64,000 nucleotides of DNA from the NCBI GenBank assembly GCA_943789075.1, contig CALSSS010000002.1:129845-193844 (forward strand), written 5' to 3'. The notes beneath the pieces are model-generated. The model saw only the letters and a program-made list of their open reading frames with translations. It did not search any database and was not told the DNA's origin. Shown here piece after piece: positions 45,374 through 55,194 of the stretch. The first letter of the stretch is position 1. Each line of letters begins with the position of its first letter. The stretch comes from an uncultured Candidatus Pelagibacter sp. GTDB lineage: Bacteria > Pseudomonadota > Alphaproteobacteria > Pelagibacterales > Pelagibacteraceae. The translations under genes were made by a program, and so were the position numbers.

Positions 45374-46786
45374 TTATAATTGAGTTCCACCAACAGTCAT
45401 TTTGTCAATTAAGATTGAGGGTTGCGCAACACCAACAGGAACACCTTGACCCGCTTTACCACATGTTCCAATACCTGGATCAAGCATCATATTATTTCCA
45501 ACCAATGAAACTTCTTTTAAAATAGATGGTCCATCACCAATTAAAGTTGCACCCTTAATAGGAGAACCTATTTTTCCATTTATAATTTCGTAAGCTTCAG
45601 TGCAATTGAATACAAATTTTCCTGAAGTAATATCAACTTGTCCTCCACCAAAACTTACAGCAAATATTCCCTTATCAACTGACTTAATCATTTCCTCTTG
45701 AGAATATTTTCCATTCATCATCATGGTATTTCTCATTCTTGGAAGGACAACATGCTTGTAACTTTCTCTTCTACCACTACCTGTAGATCTTGTATTCATT
45801 AATCTTGCATTTAATCGATCTTGCATAAAATTTTTTAATATTCCATTTTCAATTAAGACTGTTTTTTCAGTTGGTGTGCCCTCGTCATCAATTGTTAGAC
45901 TACCTCTTCTGTTATGAAGTGTTCCGTCATCAATAATTGTTACACCTTCACTAGCCACTCTTTGGCCCATTAAGTTATGAAATGCAGATGTTTTTTTTCT
46001 ATTAAAGTCACCTTCTAATCCGTGTCCTATTGCTTCATGTATCAATATTGCAGGCCAACCTGATCCTAAAACAACTTTCATCTCTCCTGCGGGGGCTGGT
46101 TTGCTATCAAGGTTTACTGATGCAATTCTAAAGGCTTCATCACATACATTTTTCCAATTGTCATCTTTTAAATATTCATCATAGGATTGTCTTCCTCCAA
46201 TTCCATAAACACCAGTTTCTTTCTTTCCATTTTTCTCAAGCATTACCGAAACATTAAAACGAATTAATGGTCTAACATCAGTTAATACCTCTCCACCTGA
46301 CCTTATGATTTCTATAGATTTATATTCTCCTGCAAAACTAGCAGTGACCTGCTGAACTATTCCACCTTTTGCTCTAGTATAACTATTAACTTTTTTTAAA
46401 AGCTCTAATTTAGATTCAAGTGATTTTTCATCTATCGGATTAATATCTTTATAAAGTTTTTCATTGGTCTTGGGAATTTCATGATTATAAATACCTTTTT
46501 GTGATTTAAGAGTTGAACTTAAATTGTTAGCAGACTGCTTTAACGAATTTCTTGAAATCTCATTAGAATGAGAATAGGCAACTACCTCACCTGTAACTGC
46601 TCTTAAACCATATCCTAAATCAGAACTATAACTTGAGCTCTTAATTTTATCATCATCCAGTACAATTGACTCACTCTTTGAATTTTCTAAATATAGCTCA
46701 CCATCATCACAATTATTTAAAGTCTCAGAAATAATATTTTCTGCATCTTTTCTAGATAAATCTGTTTTAGTAAAAAAATCACTCAC
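45374..46786 (-). CDS. tldD: Metalloprotease TldD
   Basis: HEAIGHGLEGDFNRK, DDEGTP, PRMRNT, CGKAGQGVPVG. Confidence 0.96.
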   Translation of the reverse strand: MSDFFTKTDLSRKDAENIISETLNNCDDGELYLENSKSESIVLDDDKIKSSSYSSDLGYGLRAVTGEVVAYSHSNEISRNSLKQSANNLSSTLKSQKGIYNHEIPKTNEKLYKDINPIDEKSLESKLELLKKVNSYTRAKGGIVQQVTASFAGEYKSIEIIRSGGEVLTDVRPLIRFNVSVMLEKNGKKETGVYGIGGRQSYDEYLKDDNWKNVCDEAFRIASVNLDSKPAPAGEMKVVLGSGWPAILIHEAIGHGLEGDFNRKKTSAFHNLMGQRVASEGVTIIDDGTLHNRRGSLTIDDEGTPTEKTVLIENGILKNFMQDRLNARLMNTRSTGSGRRESYKHVVLPRMRNTMMMNGKYSQEEMIKSVDKGIFAVSFGGGQVDITSGKFVFNCTEAYEIINGKIGSPIKGATLIGDGPSILKEVSLVGNNMMLDPGIGTCGKAGQGVPVGVAQPSILIDKMTVGGTQL

Positions 46787-46892
46787 ATGTAATAGATAAT
46801 AGGTATATTTATATTTTCAATCTGCGTATTTCACGCATATACAAAATGATTGATTATGTGTAATTTTATTTTTTAACAAAAATAAGGATAAA

Positions 46893-47255
46893 ATGAAAAA
46901 ATTTGATGAATTAATGAGCGTTTCCAATGAAATAACTAATATCTCTGTAGATGAAGCAAGAGAAAAGTTAAAGGACCCAAATGTTCAATTTATTGATGTT
47001 AGGGACAAAAGTAGTTTTGATTCAGAGACTATAGGAAATGCAATTAATCTTGAAAGAGGCTTGCTTGAATTTTATTTAGCAGAGGGTAGTCCTTTAGAAA
47101 ATGAAAATTTTAAAAACAACCCTGATAAAGAATATATAGTTTTTTGTGGTCTTGGTGGCCAAAGTACTCTTGCAACAAAAACGATGCAAGAAATGGGAAT
47201 AAAGAATGTAAAAAATATGACAGGTGGAATTAAGGCTTGGAAAGAAAATAAATAA
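46893..47255 (+). CDS. Single-domain rhodanese-like protein
   Basis: IDVRD, RGLLEF, FCGLGGQS active-site loop, GGIKAW. Confidence 0.88.
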   Translation: MKKFDELMSVSNEITNISVDEAREKLKDPNVQFIDVRDKSSFDSETIGNAINLERGLLEFYLAEGSPLENENFKNNPDKEYIVFCGLGGQSTLATKTMQEMGIKNVKNMTGGIKAWKENK

Positions 47256-47258
47256 TTC

Positions 47259-47606
47259 GTGAAAGTGTATTTTAATAATTCCTGTAAAATTTGCCGAACA
47301 GAGATCAATCTGTATAAAAAACAAAACATAAAAAATATTGAATGGGTTGATATCACAGACAATGAAACAGCAGAAATAGAAACTCAGAAAGATGCAAAAA
47401 GTCTTTTAAGAAGACTTCATATTAAAGATGGTGAAAATATTATTGAGGGTGCAGAAGCTTTCTTATTAATCTGGAAAAATATTCCTAAATATAGATTTCT
47501 CTACAAAGTTTTAAAAAAACCTATAATCTTTAATTTATTTTCATTTTTTTATGAAATTGTTGCATTTTTTTTATTCCTAAAAAATAAAAACCAGCTTTTA
47601 AAGTAG
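47259..47606 (+). CDS. DCC1/DUF393 thiol-disulfide oxidoreductase-like protein
   Basis: YFNNSCKICRTEI (CxxC), RLH, GAEAF..IW. Confidence 0.8.
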   Translation: MKVYFNNSCKICRTEINLYKKQNIKNIEWVDITDNETAEIETQKDAKSLLRRLHIKDGENIIEGAEAFLLIWKNIPKYRFLYKVLKKPIIFNLFSFFYEIVAFFLFLKNKNQLLK

Positions 47607-47654
47607 AAATTAGGTTTTTTTATTCTTGAGAATAAATATTGAATAAAATATCTT

Positions 47655-48203
47655 TTGCAAATGAGAGTTTTAATATTAGTTATATTATTTTTAAACCTTT
47701 CTTATTCTACTAGTTTTGCAGAAAAAAAAATTCTAAATAATCTATTCGATCAACTTAGAGATGTTACTAACCCAAAAACTGCTGAGTTACTGGAAAGAAA
47801 GATCTGGGATATTTGGAACGAACATCCAAATAATACGGAATTAACTCAAAAATTAGAATTAGGAACAGAGCTTATGCAATATGGAGATTATAATTATGCA
47901 CTGAAAGTTTTTAATAATGTCATAGATAGTGATCCTGAGTGGTCTGAAGCATGGAATAAAAGAGCAACTGTATATTTTTTAATGAGTCAGTTTACAGAGT
48001 CTTTAAGTGATATTGATAAAGTTTTAAGTATAGAGCCTAGGCATTTTGGAGCTTTATCTGGACAAGCAAGAATTTATATAAATTTAAAAAAGTATGAAAA
48101 AGCGATTAAAAGTATTGAAGAAGCATTAAAATTTCATCCTACATTTAAAAATCAAAAACTAATACCTGAAATTCAAAGGCTTATTAACGAAGAAAGTGTT
48201 TAA
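47655..48203 (+). CDS. Exported tetratricopeptide repeat protein
   Basis: Signal peptide ending SFA; PEWSEAWNKRAT and EPRHFGALSG TPR motifs. Confidence 0.85.
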   Translation: MQMRVLILVILFLNLSYSTSFAEKKILNNLFDQLRDVTNPKTAELLERKIWDIWNEHPNNTELTQKLELGTELMQYGDYNYALKVFNNVIDSDPEWSEAWNKRATVYFLMSQFTESLSDIDKVLSIEPRHFGALSGQARIYINLKKYEKAIKSIEEALKFHPTFKNQKLIPEIQRLINEESV

Positions 48204-48204
48204 T

Positions 48205-49377
48205 TTAATCTTTTTTAGCTCTTATTCTCGAAATTAATTGAGTTAATGAATCCACCATTAAGTCTGATGCTTTAAATATTTCATTGGCCTTAAATTCATG
48301 AGAGATATTTTTTTCTGGATTTGATTTATCTTCAATAACAATTCCTTCTTCTGGAGAATTATTCTTTATATAAATTAATAACAACCATTCTTCATCTGGA
48401 GCTTCATCCCATTTGATAAATATTTCTCCCGTTTCAAATCTTTGGTCAATACATCTAAAAATAGACATATGTCTTGTAATATGTCTTTTGTTAAGTTGAA
48501 AAACCAAACTACTTGCACTTCTATAGAAACTCTCAAGAGATAGTTCAATTTTTTGTCTAGCAATTTTATAGTCTCTTTCTTTTTGAAGTAGAGTTTCTCT
48601 ATCTTCATTACCTTGAATTTCAACACCTAAAGCTTCTACTCTTTCTCTAATTTTTTGATCTCGTATAATTCTATATTTATCTTTTAATTTTTCTATTCTT
48701 GCCTGAAGGCCTGTATAATCATCTCTTTTTTCCTTTAATGAAATTTTTTCAAGTTTTTCTAATTCTTTAATTTCTCTTATTCTGAATTTTTCAATTTGTT
48801 TATCTAGCTGTAACTGTTTTAAAAATTGTTTTTGTCTTTCAGCATGTTCAATTCTTATTAATACTTGTTCCTTTCGTAAAAATAACTTTATATCTCTTGC
48901 TCTTTCTTTCTCAAGTCTAGCCTCTTCCTTTAAAGCTTTCTCCTTAAGTTTGGTTTGTTCTTCCTCTTCTTTGATTTTTTGTTTTTGAATTAATAGTTTT
49001 TCTTTTTCTTTTTTTTCAATTTCTTCTATTTTTTTTCTTTTTTTTTCTTCAGCTTTTAAAATCTTATATTCAACTATTCTATTAGCTATGCCATCAAAAA
49101 AGGCTTGTATATATTTTTCTAAACTAAAATTAATTTTAAAATTAAATTCTGGCTTTAAAGATTGTTGAAACTTAACTATTTGTGAAACAAGGCTTATTTT
49201 TTTTTTATAACTAAATTTTTGTTTTTTAATAAATTTTTTTGAAATATTTTTTATTTTTTTTTTGTTATTAATTTTTCTCTTTTTTTTTAAATTTTTATAT
49301 TTTTTCTTAATACTTTTTTTTACCTTATTTTTTTTTGAAGGTTTGTTTTTGATATTTTTTTTTTTTATTTTTTTCAT
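48205..49377 (-). CDS. Hypothetical protein: Lys-rich N-terminus, long coiled coil, globular C-terminus
   Basis: Uninterrupted 390-codon ORF; no family recognised. Confidence 0.75.
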   Translation of the reverse strand: MKKIKKKNIKNKPSKKNKVKKSIKKKYKNLKKKRKINNKKKIKNISKKFIKKQKFSYKKKISLVSQIVKFQQSLKPEFNFKINFSLEKYIQAFFDGIANRIVEYKILKAEEKKRKKIEEIEKKEKEKLLIQKQKIKEEEEQTKLKEKALKEEARLEKERARDIKLFLRKEQVLIRIEHAERQKQFLKQLQLDKQIEKFRIREIKELEKLEKISLKEKRDDYTGLQARIEKLKDKYRIIRDQKIRERVEALGVEIQGNEDRETLLQKERDYKIARQKIELSLESFYRSASSLVFQLNKRHITRHMSIFRCIDQRFETGEIFIKWDEAPDEEWLLLIYIKNNSPEEGIVIEDKSNPEKNISHEFKANEIFKASDLMVDSLTQLISRIRAKKD

Positions 49378-49406
49378 ACTTTAAAAAGATTAGATTTATC
49401 AATTAA

Positions 49407-50596
49407 TTACTGATAAATATAGTCTCTTGTAGTAGGTGTTGAAGTGTAATTTTTAGCTAGTTGAAACTGGTAAACTACCTGATCACCATATTTAAAAGCA
49501 ATCTCACAAGATGTTAAGTAGAACTCCCACATTCTAAAAAATTTTTCATCAAACATCGATATTACTTTATTCTTATTGCTTAAAAACCTTTCTTTCCAAT
49601 GTCTTAAAGTTAATGAGTAATGAAGCTTTAAAACCTCAACATCAGATACAATTAAGCCTGATTTTTCTATTGGTTTTGTCATCTCACTCATGCTTGGTGT
49701 GTACCCTCCTGGAAATATATACTTATTAATCCAGGGCTGAGGGTCTCTTGGGGGTCAACTGAACCTATAGTATGAACTATTGCTACTCCATTTTCGTCTA
49801 GTAAATTAAATATCTGATCAAAAAATTTTTTATAATATTTACGGCCAACATGCTCAAACATACCTACACTTACCACTCTATCAAATTTATCATTAATTTG
49901 TCGGTAATCTAATAATTTGAAACGAACTTTTTTTTCTAAACCTAAATCCTTAATCTTTTTTAAACTAAAATTATATTGATTTTCTGAAAGCGTAATTCCT
50001 GTAACATCACAATCTATGCTTTTAGCAATATCGATAGCGAGAGAACCCCAGCCACTTCCTATATCAAGTATCCTTTGACCAGACTTAATATTTAATTTTT
50101 TTATGATATGATTAATTTTGTTATTTTGTGCAGTTTCTAAAGTATCATCTTCATTCTTAAAATAAGCACATGAGTATTGTTTTTTTGGATCAAGAAATAA
50201 CTCATATAACTCATCAGAAATATCATAATGATGAGCAACATTCATTTTAGATTTTTTTATAAAATTAAAATTAGTTAAATATCTATAAGATCCTCTTAAT
50301 TTATTTAAAATTTTATTAAATATATTTATATCTGTTCTGCCAATATTCATTAATGCGATATTTAAAAAATCAGTCAAAGATCCATTTTCAATCTCAATAT
50401 CTCCTTCAGCATAAGCCTCACCAAAATATAAATCTGGATAAAATAATAGTTTATAGTGTAGTTTTTTATTTAGTAGTCTAACAACTATAGGGTCCTTGTT
50501 AAATGGTGTACCTATTATATATTTATTAGAAAAAGCATCAATTAATACAAAGCCATCCTTTTTAAAAATATTATTTAAAAATCTTGCTAATTGCAT
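49407..50596 (-). CDS. cfa: Cyclopropane-fatty-acyl-phospholipid synthase family methyltransferase (frameshift near 49750)
   Basis: AHHYD, QYSCAYF, LDIGSGWG, VSVGMFEHVG, WINKYIFPGG in the shifted frame, HYSLTLRHW, RMWEFYL. Confidence 0.9.
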
Positions 50597-51481
50597 TTAA
50601 GCTGCCTCTAATGCTTCTAATTTAAAATTAAGCTTATTAAGATCATCAACAAGTTGTTTTTTTTCTTTTTCATTTAAAAGACTCATAGGGGGTATAACAT
50701 TTTTATAATTATCGTCTTGATCAGACATCAATGAATGTAATCCAGAAATTAAATTATATTGGTCAAATACACCTCTAACTTTACATAGAGTTTCATTGAC
50801 TGTTTGCTTTTCTTTTTTACTGAAATCATCATAAACTTTTCTAGCTAAATTAGCTGTGACATTGCAAGTTGCAGTAATTATACCATCACATCCATTCTCA
50901 AGTCCTCTTAAAAGTTTCAATTCTGATCCTGGCATGACAGAAAAATTATCAATTTTCAAATTTTCATAAAGGTTATATGAGCTATCTTTTACTCCAATTA
51001 TTTGTTTTGGAAATTTTTCAACAAGTTTTTCAACACAACTGATGCTAAATTTATAACCACACAATTTTTCAAAATTATATAAAACAATCCTACTATCTGG
51101 CACGGCATCTACTAATCTTGAATAAAATTCAACTACTTCACTATCACCATACTTATAATAAGCAGGAGGCATTATTAAAAATTCATTAAATTTTAAAGAA
51201 TTAGCAATCTTCATTAAATTTATAGTTTCATTTAAAGAATTAAGACCAGTTCCAATTAAGTATTTATCTTTATAAACACTTTTTGATAATTTATTTAATA
51301 AACTAATTTTTTCACTAATTGGAATAAGTTGTGCTTGACCAGTGCTTCCAAAAATTGCAACTCCATGGCATCCCTGATCTATGATTTTTTCAGCATGGGC
51401 AATAGTTTTTTCAATATTTAGACTTAAATCATCGTTAAGAACTGACATTGAAGCTGCATAAATACCCTTAATTTTACCCAT
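50597..51481 (-). CDS. DapA/NanA-like class I aldolase family protein (probably not true DHDPS)
   Basis: GSTGQ, PPAYY, VLYN, GVKDSS Schiff-base lysine. Confidence 0.85.
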   Translation of the reverse strand: MGKIKGIYAASMSVLNDDLSLNIEKTIAHAEKIIDQGCHGVAIFGSTGQAQLIPISEKISLLNKLSKSVYKDKYLIGTGLNSLNETINLMKIANSLKFNEFLIMPPAYYKYGDSEVVEFYSRLVDAVPDSRIVLYNFEKLCGYKFSISCVEKLVEKFPKQIIGVKDSSYNLYENLKIDNFSVMPGSELKLLRGLENGCDGIITATCNVTANLARKVYDDFSKKEKQTVNETLCKVRGVFDQYNLISGLHSLMSDQDDNYKNVIPPMSLLNEKEKKQLVDDLNKLNFKLEALEAA

Positions 51482-51531
51482 AACTAAAATTTATATAAAA
51501 AAAAAGTTTAGTAAAGGTATAAAAGCCTAAT

Positions 51532-52497
51532 ATGAAAATTTTAATAGTACAAAATAAAATGGGGATTGGAGATATGGTCATCTATTTGCCATTTATAAAT
51601 GCTATATCTAAAAAATTTAATACACCCGTTAACATCCTTGTTAAAGAAAGTTCAAAAGCTGAAAAAATTTTAAAAGATGATAAGTCAATAGATAAAATCA
51701 TAATTCTAAAACAGGGCAATAAACAAAAAAATGCTGAGCATCAAGGCTTTAAAGGTTTTTTTAAATTAGTAAGGGAGCTAAAGGAATACAAATTTGATAA
51801 AATTTTTATTTTTAATTCATCATTAAGGTTTAATTTGATTGCAAAATTTGCTGGAATCAAGAATGTTTATCAGTACCCTTTGTTTGACAAAAAAGAACAA
51901 AATATTATTGATGCCCCGAAAAAACTTTTAAAAAAAAAATTAAATATAGATATACAAGAAAATCCTAAAATTTTACTTAATGAAAAATCTATTTTTGAAG
52001 CAAAACTAAAATTTAGAATTAAAAATGATGAAAAAAATATTTTACTTGGTATTGGAGGATCGGGTCCAACAAAAAGAATTCCTGCTAAAACATTTATAGA
52101 GCTTATTCGACTAACATCTAATACTCTTCGTTGTAAATTTTTTTTAGCCACTGGGAAAAATCAAGATGAACAAGAAATTCTAAAAGAAATATTGAATTCA
52201 GAGTTTAAGGATAAATGTATTCCTTTAGATGATCTAGACATTTATGAAATTTTAGGAATAATTAAAAATTGTGATATTTCTATTTGTAATGACTCAAGTT
52301 TCAGTCATCTTTCTTCAGGTCTTGGTATTAAAACAATTGTTTTAATGGCAGACACGCCATTAATATATGGGAGTTATAATACCTTGATGTACCCAATTCT
52401 GCCAGATGGAGAAAGCTTTGTAACGCATAACACTTTAGGTAAAGATAAAATTAATCCAATAAAAATTTTTGATCAATTAAAACAAATTTTAAATTAA
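51532..52497 (+). CDS. Glycosyltransferase family 9 (LPS heptosyltransferase-like)
   Basis: GIGDMV..LP, KRIP, CNDSSFSHLS. Confidence 0.85.
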   Translation: MKILIVQNKMGIGDMVIYLPFINAISKKFNTPVNILVKESSKAEKILKDDKSIDKIIILKQGNKQKNAEHQGFKGFFKLVRELKEYKFDKIFIFNSSLRFNLIAKFAGIKNVYQYPLFDKKEQNIIDAPKKLLKKKLNIDIQENPKILLNEKSIFEAKLKFRIKNDEKNILLGIGGSGPTKRIPAKTFIELIRLTSNTLRCKFFLATGKNQDEQEILKEILNSEFKDKCIPLDDLDIYEILGIIKNCDISICNDSSFSHLSSGLGIKTIVLMADTPLIYGSYNTLMYPILPDGESFVTHNTLGKDKINPIKIFDQLKQILN

Positions 52498-53000
52498 GAA
52501 ATATTTTTTAAGACTAGATCCTTCGCTTCATTTACAATTGAAGATAGCCTGGCTGTTTCTGGGGAAATATCAGGGTGAATTTTTTTTTGAATCTTTATAT
52601 GAGCTTTTTGAACATCATCTTTTGTTACTCTTTTCTCAATATCTAGATTTAATATTTTGTAAGCCTCCTCTAGTGACAATGTTGAATGATTCTTAATATT
52701 TTGATTTTGATTAAACGAAAATCTTCCTGATCTTCTAAGAGTTTGAATAAGTCTAAATAATCCAATTAATTGAAATATTGAAAGACCTTTTAATTTAACT
52801 ACAGCCAAACTCAAAAGGGTCAAGGGCACACTTAGTAAAAATTTTCCACCTATAAATAGAATTATAGCCAAGATAATTGATCCGACAAAAATTAATTTTC
52901 TTAAATGTTTTGATATTTTTTTAGAAGAAGCATTAGCTAAAAATTTTAATAAAAGATAAATAATTCCTAAAAAAACTAGTATATATATAATAATATTCAT
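52494..53000 (-). CDS. Membrane protein with C-terminal DnaJ (J) domain
   Basis: N-terminal TMs; EEAYKILNL, IHPD, VNEAKD. Confidence 0.85.
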   Translation of the reverse strand: MNIIIYILVFLGIIYLLLKFLANASSKKISKHLRKLIFVGSIILAIILFIGGKFLLSVPLTLLSLAVVKLKGLSIFQLIGLFRLIQTLRRSGRFSFNQNQNIKNHSTLSLEEAYKILNLDIEKRVTKDDVQKAHIKIQKKIHPDISPETARLSSIVNEAKDLVLKNIS

Positions 53001-53017
53001 ATATTTAATTTGTCTTC

Positions 53018-55093
53018 ATGAAAATACCACAACTCAAAAAAAAATCAGAAATAAAAACGTGTCACAATGTCAGTTGGGAAGATAACTATAGCTGGATTCA
53101 TCAGGCAGACATTCTAGAAGTTTTAAAAGATAATACAAAACTTAATCCAGAGGTTAGAAAATATCTTGAAGAAGAAAATTCATATACTGATTTTCACTTG
53201 TCTGACACCAAAGAAATACAAAAAAAATTATTTGATGAAATTAAAGGTAGAATAAAATTAGATGATGAGTCTCTTCCATTTAAAGATTTTGATTATGAAT
53301 ACTGGTCAAAGACCACCACAAAAGGAAATTATTCTATAAAATTAAGAAAAAAAATTGGCACTAATAATATTGAGGAAATTTGGAATGGTGATGAAGAAAA
53401 AGAAAAACTTAACGTTGAATATTTTGGTGTTGGCGATTTAGAAGTTAGTTTTAATGATAAATATTTAGGATACTCTTTAGATACAAAGGGTTCAGAGTAC
53501 TACACAATATATATTAGAGATATAAACACAAAAAAATTAATTACTGAAAAAATAGAAGAGACATCTGGTGGTATAACTTTTAGCTTAGATGATAAATATA
53601 TATTTTATTCAAAGCTTGATGAAAACCATAGACCAAGAAAAATTTATCGACACAAATTAGGAACCTCTGTTAAAGAAGATCAGTTAATATTTGAAGAAAA
53701 AAGTGAAGCTTTTACTGTTGGTATAAGTTTGAGTTCTGATGATAAATACTTTTTTATTAGCTCTTCAGACCATAATACCTCCGAACAGTATTACTTTGAA
53801 GTAAGTGAAATAAATCCTAAGCCTAAATTAATAAAAAAAAGACAAAGAGGAATTTTATATTCTGTCAATTCTTGGGATGGCAAATTTTATAATCACACTA
53901 ATGAAAATGCTGAAGATTTTAAAATAGATATTAGTGATAGTTTAGAAAATCCCAATTGGAAAACTTTTATATCTGCAAAAGATGAAGTTTTAATTGGTGG
54001 ATTAACTTTTTTAAAAAATTGGATTATTAGATCAGAAACTTCTGATGCTTTAGATAAACTATTTGTAAAAAATATCACTACAGGAATAGAAGAAGAATTA
54101 ATTTTTTCTGATGAAACTGTATATGTGCCTGGTGTATCTTTAAAACAAAGAGATAAAAATACTGATGAGATATACTTAAGTTATTCTTCACCAAAAACAC
54201 AGTCTAGAGTTTATTCTTATAATCTAAGTACAAAAGAAAAAAGATTAGTTAAAGAACAAGAGATTCCTTCTGGTCATAATCCTGATAATTACATAGTTGA
54301 AAGAATTGATTGCAAATCTCATGATGGAAAATTGGTTCCTCTTACAATAACAAGACATAAAAATACTAAATTAGATGGATCTGCACATTTATTACTCTAT
54401 GGTTATGGCTCTTATGGCAGTTCAATGAGTCCAGGGTTTTCTTCAACTAAATTAAGTTTAATCAATCGAGATATAATTTGGGTTACCGCTCATATAAGAG
54501 GTGGCATGGAAAGAGGGATGAAATGGTGGAAAGATGGAAAACTACTTAACAAAAAAAATACATTTGAGGATTATATTGCTTCTGCAAGATTTTTAATTGA
54601 AAATAAATATACTTCAAAAAATAAAATAATTGGGATGGGTGGTTCTGCTGGGGGACTTCTTATGGGTGCTGTAGTTAACCTAGCACCAGAACTTTTTTTA
54701 GGAATTATAATGGCTGTACCATTTGTAGACTCTTTAACTACAAACCTTGATCACTCTTTACCTTTAACTGTTGGAGAGTTTGACGAGTTTGGTAATGCAA
54801 AAGATAAAAAAGATCATTTTGATTATATATATTCTTACGCACCTTATAATAATATTAAAAAGATGGACTATCCTCATATGCTCATAACAACTAGTTTAAG
54901 TGACAATAGAGTTTTATTTGATGAGCCAGCAAAATTTACAGCTAAACTTAGAGAATATAAAACTGATAATAATTTATTACTTTTAAAAACTGAAATGAAT
55001 GCGGGCCATGGTGGTAAATCTGGGCGTGATGGTGCTATTGAAGAAATTGCATTAGATTATGCATTTGCCTTAAAAATTTGTAAAAAAATTTAA
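53018..55093 (+). CDS. ptrB: Oligopeptidase B (S9A)
   Basis: YGYGSYG, HIRGG, GGSAGG catalytic Ser, DNRV, AGHGG. Confidence 0.93.
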   Translation: MKIPQLKKKSEIKTCHNVSWEDNYSWIHQADILEVLKDNTKLNPEVRKYLEEENSYTDFHLSDTKEIQKKLFDEIKGRIKLDDESLPFKDFDYEYWSKTTTKGNYSIKLRKKIGTNNIEEIWNGDEEKEKLNVEYFGVGDLEVSFNDKYLGYSLDTKGSEYYTIYIRDINTKKLITEKIEETSGGITFSLDDKYIFYSKLDENHRPRKIYRHKLGTSVKEDQLIFEEKSEAFTVGISLSSDDKYFFISSSDHNTSEQYYFEVSEINPKPKLIKKRQRGILYSVNSWDGKFYNHTNENAEDFKIDISDSLENPNWKTFISAKDEVLIGGLTFLKNWIIRSETSDALDKLFVKNITTGIEEELIFSDETVYVPGVSLKQRDKNTDEIYLSYSSPKTQSRVYSYNLSTKEKRLVKEQEIPSGHNPDNYIVERIDCKSHDGKLVPLTITRHKNTKLDGSAHLLLYGYGSYGSSMSPGFSSTKLSLINRDIIWVTAHIRGGMERGMKWWKDGKLLNKKNTFEDYIASARFLIENKYTSKNKIIGMGGSAGGLLMGAVVNLAPELFLGIIMAVPFVDSLTTNLDHSLPLTVGEFDEFGNAKDKKDHFDYIYSYAPYNNIKKMDYPHMLITTSLSDNRVLFDEPAKFTAKLREYKTDNNLLLLKTEMNAGHGGKSGRDGAIEEIALDYAFALKICKKI

Positions 55094-55102
55094 TTATCCC
55101 AT

Positions 55103-55130
55103 CTTGAAATTTTCAGACTAGTTCCTAAAT
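55103..55130 (+). promoter_or_regulatory. RpoH (sigma32)-type promoter of ibpA
   Basis: CTTG(AA)-N17-CCTAAAT, same spacing as the groESL promoter. Confidence 0.72.
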
Positions 55131-55137
55131 ATTAACT

Positions 55138-55194
55138 GTAAGTCGCCTAATGGGGCTTACTAAATTAACCTTGCTAACAAAGGAGGAAACTATG
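55138..55194 (+). promoter_or_regulatory. ROSE-like RNA thermometer in the ibpA 5' UTR
   Basis: Hairpin GTAAGTCGCC-TAAT-GGGGCTTAC, then CCTTGCT able to pair with the AGGAGG SD; UUGCU is the ROSE hallmark. Confidence 0.7.

Noticed and set aside
55150-55191. 14-aa N-terminal extension of IbpA in the ORF track
   Set aside because: That ATG lies within the UTR hairpin; the AGGAGG SD points to 55192
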